The translations under genes were made by a program, and so were the position numbers. A stretch of DNA of 64,000 nucleotides from an uncultured Spirochaetota bacterium (lineage in GTDB: Bacteria; Spirochaetota; Brevinematia; Brevinematales; JAOACQ01): positions 992,001-1,056,000 of the forward strand of contig CAVYGN010000002.1 of assembly GCA_963768055.1 (NCBI GenBank), given 5' to 3'. A model generated the notes under the pieces. The model saw nothing but the letters and a program-made list of their open reading frames with translations, was not told the DNA's origin and did not search any database. Of this stretch, positions 10,027 through 19,686 are shown piece after piece. The number at the start of each line of letters is the position of its first letter. The stretch's first letter is position 1.

Positions 10027-10061
10027 TATATAAATATACTACAACTGTAGTAATAAGTCAA
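10013..10061 (-). promoter_or_regulatory. Sigma70 promoter overlapped by two TACTACA-N2-TGTAGTA palindromic operators (BlaI/MecI/CopY-like)
   Basis: TTGACT(10061-10056)-17 bp-TATATT(10038-10033); palindromes at 10013-10028 and 10037-10052. Confidence 0.7.
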
Positions 10062-10218
10062 GGGTTTTTGAAAAAATATTTTTATTGGGTTTTTTCGGCT
10101 GAACTATGAACCGGCCGGCCATGCTTTGACAAACTTTTGTCTGGCCGATTCCCCCGGCGATATATGGATTTCAAATGTTCAGGTAAAAGAGGTTATGGAT
10201 TAAATCTTATGCGTCCTT

Positions 10219-10788
10219 TCAAATCGACGATATGAATTTGCTCTCCAGCATAACAAGCATCCGCCGTTCCTTTTGAAGCGAATTCCTCATGTCGAATAAA
10301 AGTTTCCTTGTCTGCGCCGGGTTTTTTATATCGGCCCCGCCGCTTTTCGCCTGAGAAAGATAATCGGGGAACCTCCCTGCTATATAACTTGAAACGGAGT
10401 CTTCGGATTTGAAAACATCGCTGATTTTCTTGAGATACGGCATCCATTTTTGCGAATCCTGAGCCTGTATTTTTAACATCTCATCAAGGTGGGATTTGAT
10501 CGTGCTTATCGTCGAGCAAAAACGGAAGTTTTTTTCCGCAAGCGCCCATTCTTCCTGTTTTTGAAAGTTTGCAAGTTCTTTAGCGAGCTGGCCGTCCTCT
10601 GCCGATTTCAAAATGTCCTTCAGCCTGACAATGATCATATTGATCGTCGTGCTCATAAGGCAATAAATTTCCTCGAGAGCTTCGAATACGGTTTCCCTTT
10701 TTTCCCTTAAATTTGCTTTGTCGGACCTTAAGCCTTCCTGCGCCCTGCCGAGGTCGTCTATCATTTCCTTAAAAAAACCGGTCGCCAT
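10219..10788 (-). CDS. Hypothetical helical/coiled-coil protein
   Basis: 189-aa ORF immediately downstream of thyX with AGGGG RBS. Confidence 0.65.
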   Translation of the reverse strand: MATGFFKEMIDDLGRAQEGLRSDKANLREKRETVFEALEEIYCLMSTTINMIIVRLKDILKSAEDGQLAKELANFQKQEEWALAEKNFRFCSTISTIKSHLDEMLKIQAQDSQKWMPYLKKISDVFKSEDSVSSYIAGRFPDYLSQAKSGGADIKNPAQTRKLLFDMRNSLQKERRMLVMLESKFISSI

Positions 10789-10797
10789 TTTCGTCCC

Positions 10798-12291
10798 CTA
10801 TTGATTATAATAATCCCTCTTGATTTTTTCAAATTCGTCTTTTCCGCATGCAAGGGCCGCGGCAGCGGGAGCGGTTTTTTTTACGGTTTCAACCATTTCG
10901 GATGCTATTTTCCGTATATCCCACTGCGCGTAAGCGTCCATGCGCAACCTCGCGATATGATAGATTTCCCGTAAATTGACATTTACAAGTATCCTTCGCC
11001 TGTGGGCGTTAGTAAGGATGTAGTCCGAGGCCATGCCGTTTTCAGTCTTTAATTTTTCATAAGTATTTTCCGTTTCTGCAATGATATTATTAAATAAGCC
11101 GGCCATTCCGATCTCTTCGATCGATGGGGGTAATGTGACACCGAGCGAAGTCTCATAGGGCTGCTTGAGTATAGTCATCATCCGGTGCCTTTTCATCTGT
11201 GCAAAGGCGCTTGAACTAAGGATAATTTCAAACAGGAAATTCACATTTTCGAATTCCCTGTAAAGAGCGTCGTGCTCGCCCAGGTCTTTAAATATCTCTT
11301 TAAAAAAAAGAGTCCGCCCGTTTTCATTCATATTTTCCGCGGCCGACAGGCATTCCATGAAAGATCTCGCCGATGACGAATGAAGAAGGCTTGCTATGAT
11401 TTTTATGTCGGGTTCGGGCGTTTGTTCAAGAAGGGTCACGTTCCTGCCTGTTTTCGACTCTTTTCCGTTAAGATATTTTTTTGCCAGTAATTTAAGGTTT
11501 TCCCTGCCCTGTTTCAATATGCCGTCGGAAACGTCTCTGCCCGTTTGTTTTTTAAAACTTTCCCGGTCGGTCAATATAATAAGGGAGGGCACTACGGTCT
11601 TAGCCTTTTCGTAAAGTTTTAACGACAGGTCCCGGACTTCACTGAGAGGGTGGTATTTAAGTTTCCTGATAATATTTTCTAGGTTCCTGGCGTTAACGGA
11701 AAATCCGAGCTGGCATTCGGTGGCAAGAGACATGACATAACGGGCGTCTTCCTTGGCCCGCCCCTCTATTATGTTCGCTCCGGATTTCGTGGCTGTCATT
11801 TCAGGATGGGCGGCTTTCTGCGCTTCATGGAGAGCAGGGAAGAGTTTCATGTAAGCATCTATCTGTTTACAATAAGCGGAAGAGAAGAGCTCTTTATCTT
11901 CATCATTAAACTCTGCGGGTATTACCGTATCTCCCTCAAGGGTTATATATCGCTGTGATTTTTCCGTATACGAACTCAAACGTGATTCTTCAAGGGCTTC
12001 GACAGCGAGCCTCGATAAGCCGGTAATATCGAAATTCAGGCAGGCATGTTCGGCAACAGAGTGGTGCCCCATTTTAAATATAATGTTTTCGTTAGATTTC
12101 CTCGCTTTATCAAGAGCGTCCCTAGCCGCCGCGCGCAGTTCGCCGACAGGGCGTTCGTCCCTGCTGATTCTCGCATAGGCTGCGGAAAGCGTCTCCGGAG
12201 TAATGTTGTCCCTGCCGTCCCAACCTCTTTCTTTGAGGGATTCCAGGACTACTGCATCTACGTTAAATCCGGCAAGTTCGATTTTAAGCAT
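10798..12291 (-). CDS. thyX: FAD-dependent thymidylate synthase, tandem two-domain form
   Basis: GHHSVAEH, EKSQRY, EDARY in domain 1; QMKRHR, NLRE, HIARLR, AQWDIR in domain 2. Confidence 0.9.
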   Translation of the reverse strand: MLKIELAGFNVDAVVLESLKERGWDGRDNITPETLSAAYARISRDERPVGELRAAARDALDKARKSNENIIFKMGHHSVAEHACLNFDITGLSRLAVEALEESRLSSYTEKSQRYITLEGDTVIPAEFNDEDKELFSSAYCKQIDAYMKLFPALHEAQKAAHPEMTATKSGANIIEGRAKEDARYVMSLATECQLGFSVNARNLENIIRKLKYHPLSEVRDLSLKLYEKAKTVVPSLIILTDRESFKKQTGRDVSDGILKQGRENLKLLAKKYLNGKESKTGRNVTLLEQTPEPDIKIIASLLHSSSARSFMECLSAAENMNENGRTLFFKEIFKDLGEHDALYREFENVNFLFEIILSSSAFAQMKRHRMMTILKQPYETSLGVTLPPSIEEIGMAGLFNNIIAETENTYEKLKTENGMASDYILTNAHRRRILVNVNLREIYHIARLRMDAYAQWDIRKIASEMVETVKKTAPAAAALACGKDEFEKIKRDYYNQ

Positions 12292-12313
12292 AAATTCCTC
12301 AATGAACCGTACG

Positions 12314-13342
12314 CTAGTCTAACACTCCGATTTCCAGGGGAGGCCTTTCTATCAGTTCGTACTTCACCCCGGCTTCCTTGAAAAGCTCTTCGAAAGTTTT
12401 ATCGGGATAATAAGAACAGGCAATGAATTTCCTGATCTTTGAATTCACGATCATTTTAGCACAGATTATGCAGGGGGAGTGAGTGCAGTAAATAGTTGCG
12501 CCTTCAGTGGTTATTCCATTTAAGGCGGCATGTATAATGGCGTTCTGCTCGGCATGGACTGCGCGGCAGATCTCGTGCTGCATGCCCGATTTGATTCCAA
12601 GCTGGTCCCTGAGACAGCCGAGTTCAATGCAGTCTTTAATTCCGGAAGGGGCCCCGTTATAACCGGAACTGACTATATGATTATTATTTACTATGACAGC
12701 GCCTACATGGTGCCTGATGCAGGTGGAGCGTTCCGCTATGAGGTAGGCCATCTTTATAAAATATTCGTCCCAGGACGGCCTGATGTAAGGTTTGTAATTA
12801 AGTTCGGCAAGGATTGCGTCCAGTTTTTTATACATGGACCTCAAGCTTCCGGAATTATCGATTTTATAATCGGCAAGCTCCAGACAGCGGTTAAGCTGCT
12901 GGGCCTTATCATCCGAGGAGTTTTCTCTTTCCTCTTTACGGATAAATTCCTCAAGGGTCTCCCCGTCACCGACCCTTCCCCTCTTAATAGACCTTTCGAA
13001 CCTGTTATGTATGTCGGCCGTTATACCGATGAGTTTGAAAGATTTAAGATTGCTTCTTAAAACTTCGATTTCATATGGGTTTCTTATACTGTCGACAATC
13101 GCCTGCGGGAGGTTTTTAATCTTTGTTATGACCCTTTTAGCCAGGGTCGCCGGGCCTTCGCTTTCCCTCAAGTCATTGCCTATATCGATAAGACTGTCGC
13201 GGTTTGATTCCAGACCCTGCCTTACAGCTTCTTCCCTGATAATGTCGGAAAGAGAAAAAGCGATGAATTTTTTCTTTTCCACGAGGTATTTTATAGCTTC
13301 GCCCTTTCCGGCGGCGTTCGTCCCTGTAAAACCTAGAAACAT
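12314..13342 (-). CDS. P-loop nucleotide-kinase-like domain fused to dCMP deaminase
   Basis: GTNAAGKG P-loop, DSIRN; RPSWDEYF, RSTC, GYNG, HAEQNA, PCIIC. Confidence 0.9.
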   Translation of the reverse strand: MFLGFTGTNAAGKGEAIKYLVEKKKFIAFSLSDIIREEAVRQGLESNRDSLIDIGNDLRESEGPATLAKRVITKIKNLPQAIVDSIRNPYEIEVLRSNLKSFKLIGITADIHNRFERSIKRGRVGDGETLEEFIRKEERENSSDDKAQQLNRCLELADYKIDNSGSLRSMYKKLDAILAELNYKPYIRPSWDEYFIKMAYLIAERSTCIRHHVGAVIVNNNHIVSSGYNGAPSGIKDCIELGCLRDQLGIKSGMQHEICRAVHAEQNAIIHAALNGITTEGATIYCTHSPCIICAKMIVNSKIRKFIACSYYPDKTFEELFKEAGVKYELIERPPLEIGVLD

Positions 13343-13468
13343 GCCACCCTCCCGAAAAATTATTGCCCCCGCGACAATTATTTTATAAAGTCATTGAGAA
13401 AATCACAAAATATCGGCGATTGAAATAATCAGCTGCTGAAATTAATGACAATTTAACCGTATTAAATT

Positions 13469-13580
13469 AGAGCGCTTCTAATAACCTTCGGATAGGAAGC
13501 GCCCATAGGGCATGCAATTAAAGTTAAATAGCAAGTCTCAAGCGCAAGGAGCGATATTCTTGAGTTATTAGAACTGCCCT
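13469..13580. repeat. ~112-bp MITE-like element with imperfect 17-bp terminal inverted repeats
   Basis: AGAGCGCTTCTAATAAC ... GTTATTAGAACTGCCCT. Confidence 0.6.
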
Positions 13581-13615
13581 TTATAATATTGGGGTTTTAT
13601 CAAGAACGAGGCGCT

Positions 13616-16600
13616 ATGCCCAAAAGGACTGACATACATAAAATTCTTATAATCGGTGCAGGTCCGATCGTAATCGGCCAGGCTTGCGAATTCGATTATT
13701 CAGGTACCCAGGCCTGCAAAGCTCTTTGTGAAGAAGGTTTTGAGGTTGTTCTCATCAATTCAAATCCCGCGACAATAATGACAGACCCTGAAATGGCCGA
13801 CAGGACTTATATTGAACCGATAACCATCGAATATCTTGAAAAAATTATCGAGCATGAACGCCCTGACGCCTTATTGCCCACTCTGGGCGGTCAGACTGCC
13901 CTCAACGCTGCTGTAAAGTTGTATGAAGCCGGGATCCTTGAAAAATACAAGGTTGAAATGATAGGAGCAAATTACGAGGCTATAAAAAAGGGAGAGGATA
14001 GGGAAGAATTCAACAAAGCTATGAAACGGATCGGTTTAAAGCTGCCGGAAAGCTGCGTGATACATACCATGGAGGAAGCCATCGCTTCGATAGACAGGAT
14101 CGGGTTTCCGAATGTTATCCGCCCGTCTTACACGCTTGGGGGGACAGGGGGCGGTATAGCTTACAACATAGACGAGTTTAAAGAGGTCGTGAAAAGAGGT
14201 CTTGACGCCAGCATTAAAAGCGAGGTGCAGATAGATAAATCCCTTCTGGGCTGGAAGGAATTCGAACTTGAGGTAATGAGGGACAAAAAAGACAATGTGG
14301 TTATTGTCTGCTCCATTGAAAACTTCGATCCCATGGGAGTTCATACGGGGGATTCAATTACCGTTGCTCCAGCTCAAACATTGACTGACAAAGAATATCA
14401 GAAACTGAGGGATTATTCCATAGCAATAATAAGGGAGATCGGCGTAGATACCGGGGGATCCAATATACAATTCGCAGTTAATCCGATGGACGGCGAGGTG
14501 ATAGTTATAGAAATGAATCCAAGGGTTTCCAGGAGTTCCGCTCTTGCTTCGAAAGCGACGGGTTTTCCTATTGCTAAATTTGCGGCAAAACTTTCAATCG
14601 GATATACGCTGGACGAGATACCCAACGATATAACCAAAGAAACCCCGGCTTCGTTCGAGCCGACGCTTGATTATGTAGTAGTTAAAATCCCCAGGTTTAA
14701 TTTTGAAAAATTCAAGGAAACGAAACCTTATCTTGGAACACAGATGAAATCTGTCGGAGAAGTAATGTCGATCGGCAGGACGTTTAAGGAAGCGCTCCAG
14801 AAGGGCCTTCGTTCGCTGGAAAACAAATATACCGGTTTAAACGATTTCATGTTCGGCAAAGAGGGATTTACACCCGCCGAATTCAGGAAGATGCTTATCG
14901 AAAAACTGAGGATTCCTAATCCTGAAAGGATCCTTATTATCAAAGATGCATTGAAAACAGGGTTTTCCATCGATGAAATCCATGAAATCTCTAAGATAGA
15001 CCGCTGGTTTTTACATAATATCAGTGAGATCATTGAAAAGGAGAAAGAGATCGCCGGCAGGGAACTTGCAAGTTTAGATAGGGATGAAATGAAGGAGATA
15101 AAACAATTCGGCTTTTCCGATATGCAGCTCTCAATGATTTTGAATCATAATCCTCTAGAAAAAGATGTCAGGGCATTTAGAAAATCCGTCGGTGTAGAGC
15201 CGACATACAAACTCGTGGATACATGCGCAGCGGAATTTCAGGCAAAAACGCCTTATTTTTATTCGACATATGAAGACGAAGACGAAGCGGATCCCGATAG
15301 CAGTAAAAAGGTCATGATCCTTGGCAGCGGGCCTAACAGGATAGGGCAGGGCATCGAGTTTGATTACGCTTGTGTTCATTGTTCAATGGCTTTGAGGAAA
15401 GAAGGTTATGAAACTATTATGGTCAATTCGAACCCTGAAACGGTATCGACCGATTACGATATATCGGATAAACTCTATTTTGAGCCTTTGACATTTGAAG
15501 ATGTCATGAACATTTATGAAAAGGAAAAGCCTATAGGAGTTGTGCTTCAGTTCGGAGGCCAGACCCCGCTAAAATTGGCAATTCCACTTACAGAAGCGGG
15601 TGTTCCCATCCTGGGAACATCGTCTGAATCGATAGACATCGCAGAAGACCGGGACCGTTTTCATGACCTTATAGAAGATCTCGGATTCAAGCAGCCCCCC
15701 TCTTCGACGGCTGAAAATATCAAAGAGGCCCTTGTAATAGCCGACAGAGTCGGTTATCCTATTCTTGCCAGGCCCTCCTATGTTCTGGGCGGCAGGGCCA
15801 TGCTCATAGTTTACTCCAGGGAAGATCTTGAAAAGTACATGAAAGAAGAAGCCGAATCGCTGAAGGATGGTCCTGTTCTTATAGATAAATTTCTTGAAAA
15901 TGCCCAGGAAATCGACGTAGACGCGATAGGGGACGGCGAAAATGTCATAGTTGCAGGAATAATGCAGCATATCGAGGAAGCCGGCATACATTCGGGGGAT
16001 AGCGCGATGATTCTTCCGCCCCTGACTATCGACAAAAAAATCCTGCTTGAGATCGAGAGGCAGTCTATCACGGTCGGTAAAGCTCTTCATGTAAAGGGCC
16101 TTATGAATATCCAATTTGCGATAAAAGATTCTGAAATATATTTCATTGAGGTAAATCCGAGGGCTTCAAGGACCGTTCCTTTTGTCAGCAAGGCAACCGG
16201 GGTGCAGTGGGCAAAAATGGCGGCTCTGACGATGGTGGGCCATACCCTGAAGGACCTCGGAATTATGAAATACAGGGAACCGAAATATATTTCAGTAAAA
16301 GAGGTTGTTATACCTTTCAACAAATTTCCCGATGTAGACGCGGTCCTGGGCCCTGAAATGAAATCAACCGGGGAAGTCATGGGCGTCGATCAGGATTTCG
16401 GAACCGCTTTCCTGAAATCCCAGCAGGCTGCCGGGCAGAAATTCCCTAAATCCGGTTCGATACTTGTCACCGTAAACGATCTTAACAAATCCGGTATTTT
16501 AGCACCCGTAAAGAAATTGAAAAATCTTGGGTATAACTTTATCTGCACCGAAGGTACCGCCAACTTCCTTAATGATAACGGGATAGAATGCAGGACTGTT

Positions 16601-16855
16601 TTTAAATTGTCGGAAGGCCGCCCTAACATAATCGATGAAATAAAAAACGGCGGCATTCAGATAATATTCAATACACCCGCTGGCAAGGAAGCGCATACCG
16701 ACGATACGTACATCCGTAAAACCGCTATAACGCTCCAGATCCCGTTGTTTACAACGATCCAGGCAATGCTGGCGCTTGCTGAAGCGCTTGAATCCCTTCA
16801 TCATAAAGGGCCGGATGTCCGCCCTCTGCAGGAATATTATAAATTCGAGCAGTAA
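13616..16855 (+). CDS. carB: Carbamoyl-phosphate synthase large subunit
   Basis: MPKRTDI start, [15 protein letters not shown], two ATP-grasp halves, MGS-like C-terminus. Confidence 0.98.
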   Translation: MPKRTDIHKILIIGAGPIVIGQACEFDYSGTQACKALCEEGFEVVLINSNPATIMTDPEMADRTYIEPITIEYLEKIIEHERPDALLPTLGGQTALNAAVKLYEAGILEKYKVEMIGANYEAIKKGEDREEFNKAMKRIGLKLPESCVIHTMEEAIASIDRIGFPNVIRPSYTLGGTGGGIAYNIDEFKEVVKRGLDASIKSEVQIDKSLLGWKEFELEVMRDKKDNVVIVCSIENFDPMGVHTGDSITVAPAQTLTDKEYQKLRDYSIAIIREIGVDTGGSNIQFAVNPMDGEVIVIEMNPRVSRSSALASKATGFPIAKFAAKLSIGYTLDEIPNDITKETPASFEPTLDYVVVKIPRFNFEKFKETKPYLGTQMKSVGEVMSIGRTFKEALQKGLRSLENKYTGLNDFMFGKEGFTPAEFRKMLIEKLRIPNPERILIIKDALKTGFSIDEIHEISKIDRWFLHNISEIIEKEKEIAGRELASLDRDEMKEIKQFGFSDMQLSMILNHNPLEKDVRAFRKSVGVEPTYKLVDTCAAEFQAKTPYFYSTYEDEDEADPDSSKKVMILGSGPNRIGQGIEFDYACVHCSMALRKEGYETIMVNSNPETVSTDYDISDKLYFEPLTFEDVMNIYEKEKPIGVVLQFGGQTPLKLAIPLTEAGVPILGTSSESIDIAEDRDRFHDLIEDLGFKQPPSSTAENIKEALVIADRVGYPILARPSYVLGGRAMLIVYSREDLEKYMKEEAESLKDGPVLIDKFLENAQEIDVDAIGDGENVIVAGIMQHIEEAGIHSGDSAMILPPLTIDKKILLEIERQSITVGKALHVKGLMNIQFAIKDSEIYFIEVNPRASRTVPFVSKATGVQWAKMAALTMVGHTLKDLGIMKYREPKYISVKEVVIPFNKFPDVDAVLGPEMKSTGEVMGVDQDFGTAFLKSQQAAGQKFPKSGSILVTVNDLNKSGILAPVKKLKNLGYNFICTEGTANFLNDNGIECRTVFKLSEGRPNIIDEIKNGGIQIIFNTPAGKEAHTDDTYIRKTAITLQIPLFTTIQAMLALAEALESLHHKGPDVRPLQEYYKFEQ

Positions 16856-16877
16856 ATAAAGAAAGGGGCTTTGACCT

Positions 16878-18470
16878 ATGAAGAAGATCCTTACAGCCGC
16901 CTTGTTTTTAATAATCGCCGGCAATGCTTATCCCGACCTTACCAAGGATTTGATTGTAGGTATTTCTAAGGGAAAGCTGAAAGATGTTCAAAAAATTGTG
17001 GAAAAAGGCGCAAATGTCAACGATCATCTTTACAGGGACAGGACTCCCCTGCATTGGGCGGTACTGCGGGCAGACATAAAAATTGCCTCTTATCTTATTT
17101 CGAAGGGTGCGGATGTAAATGCCAGGGATAAAAACCTGGTAACCCCTCTGGAATACTGCTCCCTTTTAAAAAACCTCGACATGGTAAAACTCCTGGTAAT
17201 GAAAGGGGCAGATGTAAATCTTTATGATAAATACGGCTGGACGGCTATGCATTACTTTACCTTTTATGACGACGATCTGGGGGTCAAGTATCTAATTGTC
17301 CAGGGGGCTTCGATAACAAACCGTTCATTCCAGAGTTTTATGGATATTAATGAAAAATCCACTCCCCTTGATATTGCCGTAAAGAAGGATTATTCGAATA
17401 TAATAACTACCCTTCTTAACCCGGATAAATATCTCCGCCTGTCCAACAGGCCCATATTAACGGTGGCATGCGAGAAAAATTTGGGGCCGGATAATGTCTT
17501 GATGTCTCCGAAAAAAGGCTCTCTCTCATTCTCCATTGAGAACAAAGGCGGGTCTGAGTCAGTGGACCTTTCCATTGAGATAGAAGGCGTATCCAATTAT
17601 GACGGAGTATCCTTTGACAATCCTCCTGTTTTTAACGTGGGAAGCGGGGAAAAATATGATTTTACGCTAAATGTAGAAGCGCAAAGGGATGTAAAGGAGG
17701 GTACAGCATTATTCAGGTTTTATGCCCATGAAACGAATTCTTTCATTAAAAGCGATCCCATAATGATTGAAATTCCGAAGAGGCCGGCCCTTCCCCCCTT
17801 ATTTCAATTAACCGCCGAATTGCCTGAAAATAACGCGGGGTTCCATGCCCGCTTAAGCAATTTGATCAGGGTAAATCTCCAGAACAAAGGTAAAGGCTAC
17901 TCTGAAAACAACGACATTAAAATCCTGGCGAAAACAGGCTGTGAAGAAATATCCTTTACTCCCGGGATCAGCAATATAGACATCGGCCCCGATGAGACCA
18001 AAACATTCGAACTGACGGCTGAAGCCTCTGATAATCTAAAGGACGGGAATGCCGAATTTCTGATCATCGCTGAAGATAATGATTTTCTGATATCTGCGAC
18101 AAACCTGGTAGCCGCAGCTACTTTCCATCTGCCAAGGCCTTCGTTAAAAGCTTACTTTCAAATAAATACCTCTCTTAATACTAATTTTATTATCAGGGTT
18201 GATAATGACGGGGAGGCCGCCGCCAGTAACCTTGAACTGGACCTTAGGGTTTTCGACGGCGGAAATAACAGTGCGAATACCAACGAACTTCAGCTGTTCC
18301 ATTACAGCATTAAGGAGATCGGAACCAACGATTACATGCTCCTGAAATTACCCTCTGTATTGACAAATTATTTAGATTTTGATAATTATATCTGGAATTT
18401 ATCAGGTTATGACGGGGAAAAGCTTTCAAGTATTAGTACGAATCTTGGAAGCGATACTGCTAAAAACTGA
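16878..18470 (+). CDS. Exported ankyrin-repeat protein with C-terminal Ig/CARDB-like beta domains
   Basis: Signal peptide; TPLHWA, GADVN repeats; repeated I.N.G... beta-sandwich motifs. Confidence 0.8.
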   Translation: MKKILTAALFLIIAGNAYPDLTKDLIVGISKGKLKDVQKIVEKGANVNDHLYRDRTPLHWAVLRADIKIASYLISKGADVNARDKNLVTPLEYCSLLKNLDMVKLLVMKGADVNLYDKYGWTAMHYFTFYDDDLGVKYLIVQGASITNRSFQSFMDINEKSTPLDIAVKKDYSNIITTLLNPDKYLRLSNRPILTVACEKNLGPDNVLMSPKKGSLSFSIENKGGSESVDLSIEIEGVSNYDGVSFDNPPVFNVGSGEKYDFTLNVEAQRDVKEGTALFRFYAHETNSFIKSDPIMIEIPKRPALPPLFQLTAELPENNAGFHARLSNLIRVNLQNKGKGYSENNDIKILAKTGCEEISFTPGISNIDIGPDETKTFELTAEASDNLKDGNAEFLIIAEDNDFLISATNLVAAATFHLPRPSLKAYFQINTSLNTNFIIRVDNDGEAAASNLELDLRVFDGGNNSANTNELQLFHYSIKEIGTNDYMLLKLPSVLTNYLDFDNYIWNLSGYDGEKLSSISTNLGSDTAKN

Positions 18471-19347
18471 CTGTATATTTTTTTATCAGTCTAAAGGGCG
18501 AGTAACTGAGCTTCGCCTTTCTTAAACCTTCGACGCCCATATCCTGCTCTCTGTTGACATAAGGGTATATAGGGAATACTTCGTTCTGAATAAAAAGCTG
18601 GTTTATTATCTGGTAACTTCCTATAAATTCCAGATCCGCTTTTTCAAAGTGAACCACGAATGTGGTATCGTTCAGCCTTTCGCCGAAGGCAAACGCCGCA
18701 AGCCGGTCTTTTACGAATATAAGGCCCCCGGTCAGGGTATCGGAAAGGCTGCTGAAATTAGATAAGAATTCCCTGAATGAAAAATATTCGTCGTTAATAT
18801 TCTTGTCCATCAGGTGTTTTTCACCCAGCCAAATCTCGTAAAGTTCTAGGCACTGGCTTTTAAATCCGTCATCATAGCAGACATACTCGTAAGAATAATT
18901 CTGTATGAATTTTTTTATGAAGCCTCTTTTACCGTCAAGGCGCCACCCCTTTAGAGAGGCAAGAGACGATGATTTATAGATATAATCGAAGCTGTTCCTG
19001 TCAGGTATGATCCTGCAGGGTTGGCCTTTCAAATATTTCTTCTGGAATTCGGGCAAAAGCTCAATAAGGCGTATATCGTTTTGCTTTCCATATTCAATCA
19101 AAAATTCAAGTACCACTTTACAGTTCTCAAAACCGATCGGGGGCAGAAAATAGCTCCTCCCCTCCCTGTCCAGGGCAGTCATAATAAGCCCGCCCTCGTA
19201 TATTGCGTAACGGATGTCCCTGGGTTTAGACCAGATGAAAAGGTTGGTGAATGTATATTCCGATATTTTGGGCAGATATGAGTTGAAGTAATGATCGAAG
19301 ACATGCTTATCTTCAATGCTTATTTTTTTAAATTCAAGGGAGTTCAT
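18460..19347 (-). CDS. DUF2156 / phosphatidylglycerol lysyltransferase C-terminal-like (GNAT-fold) protein
   Basis: SEYTFTNLFIW, FDYIY, VHFEKA, VNREQDMGVEGLRKAKLSYSP. Confidence 0.85.
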   Translation of the reverse strand: MNSLEFKKISIEDKHVFDHYFNSYLPKISEYTFTNLFIWSKPRDIRYAIYEGGLIMTALDREGRSYFLPPIGFENCKVVLEFLIEYGKQNDIRLIELLPEFQKKYLKGQPCRIIPDRNSFDYIYKSSSLASLKGWRLDGKRGFIKKFIQNYSYEYVCYDDGFKSQCLELYEIWLGEKHLMDKNINDEYFSFREFLSNFSSLSDTLTGGLIFVKDRLAAFAFGERLNDTTFVVHFEKADLEFIGSYQIINQLFIQNEVFPIYPYVNREQDMGVEGLRKAKLSYSPFRLIKKYTVSF

Positions 19348-19670
19348 TCCTTCTCCTTAAGGGTTTTATTTATCCATTCAAGATAATCGCCGGAACCTCC
19401 CGCGATATCTCTCGAGATTATCTCCGGCACTTCGTAAGGGTGCATTTTCTTTACTGATTTTTCAATTCTATCAAGGAATTCGATCCGGGTTTTTATAGTA
19501 AGGGTCCATTCAATTGAATTTTCTTTTTTCCCTTTCCACCAGTAAAGGCTTTTTACAGGCCCGCCTATCTGGACACAGGCGGCCAATTTTGAATTCAGAA
19601 GTTCATCTGCAATTTTCAATGCCTTATTTTTATTATCGATTGTGACAAAGGCTTCAATAAAACCGGACAT
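19344..19670 (-). CDS. cutA: Divalent-cation tolerance protein CutA
   Basis: LAACVQI, SLYWWKG, HPYEVPEI, YLEWI. Confidence 0.92.
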   Translation of the reverse strand: MSGFIEAFVTIDNKNKALKIADELLNSKLAACVQIGGPVKSLYWWKGKKENSIEWTLTIKTRIEFLDRIEKSVKKMHPYEVPEIISRDIAGGSGDYLEWINKTLKEKE

Positions 19671-19686
19671 AGCACCCCCGATTCGC

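Noticed and set aside
10013..10052. NrdR boxes (tandem palindromes near thyX)
   Set aside because: The core is 2 bp longer than the NrdR consensus and lies downstream of the thyX operon; it fits TACA-N2-TGTA better.
14036..16924. Antisense ORFs within carB (and similar shadow ORFs in argS, hldE, istA/B)
   Set aside because: They lie opposite well-conserved genes and show no motifs.
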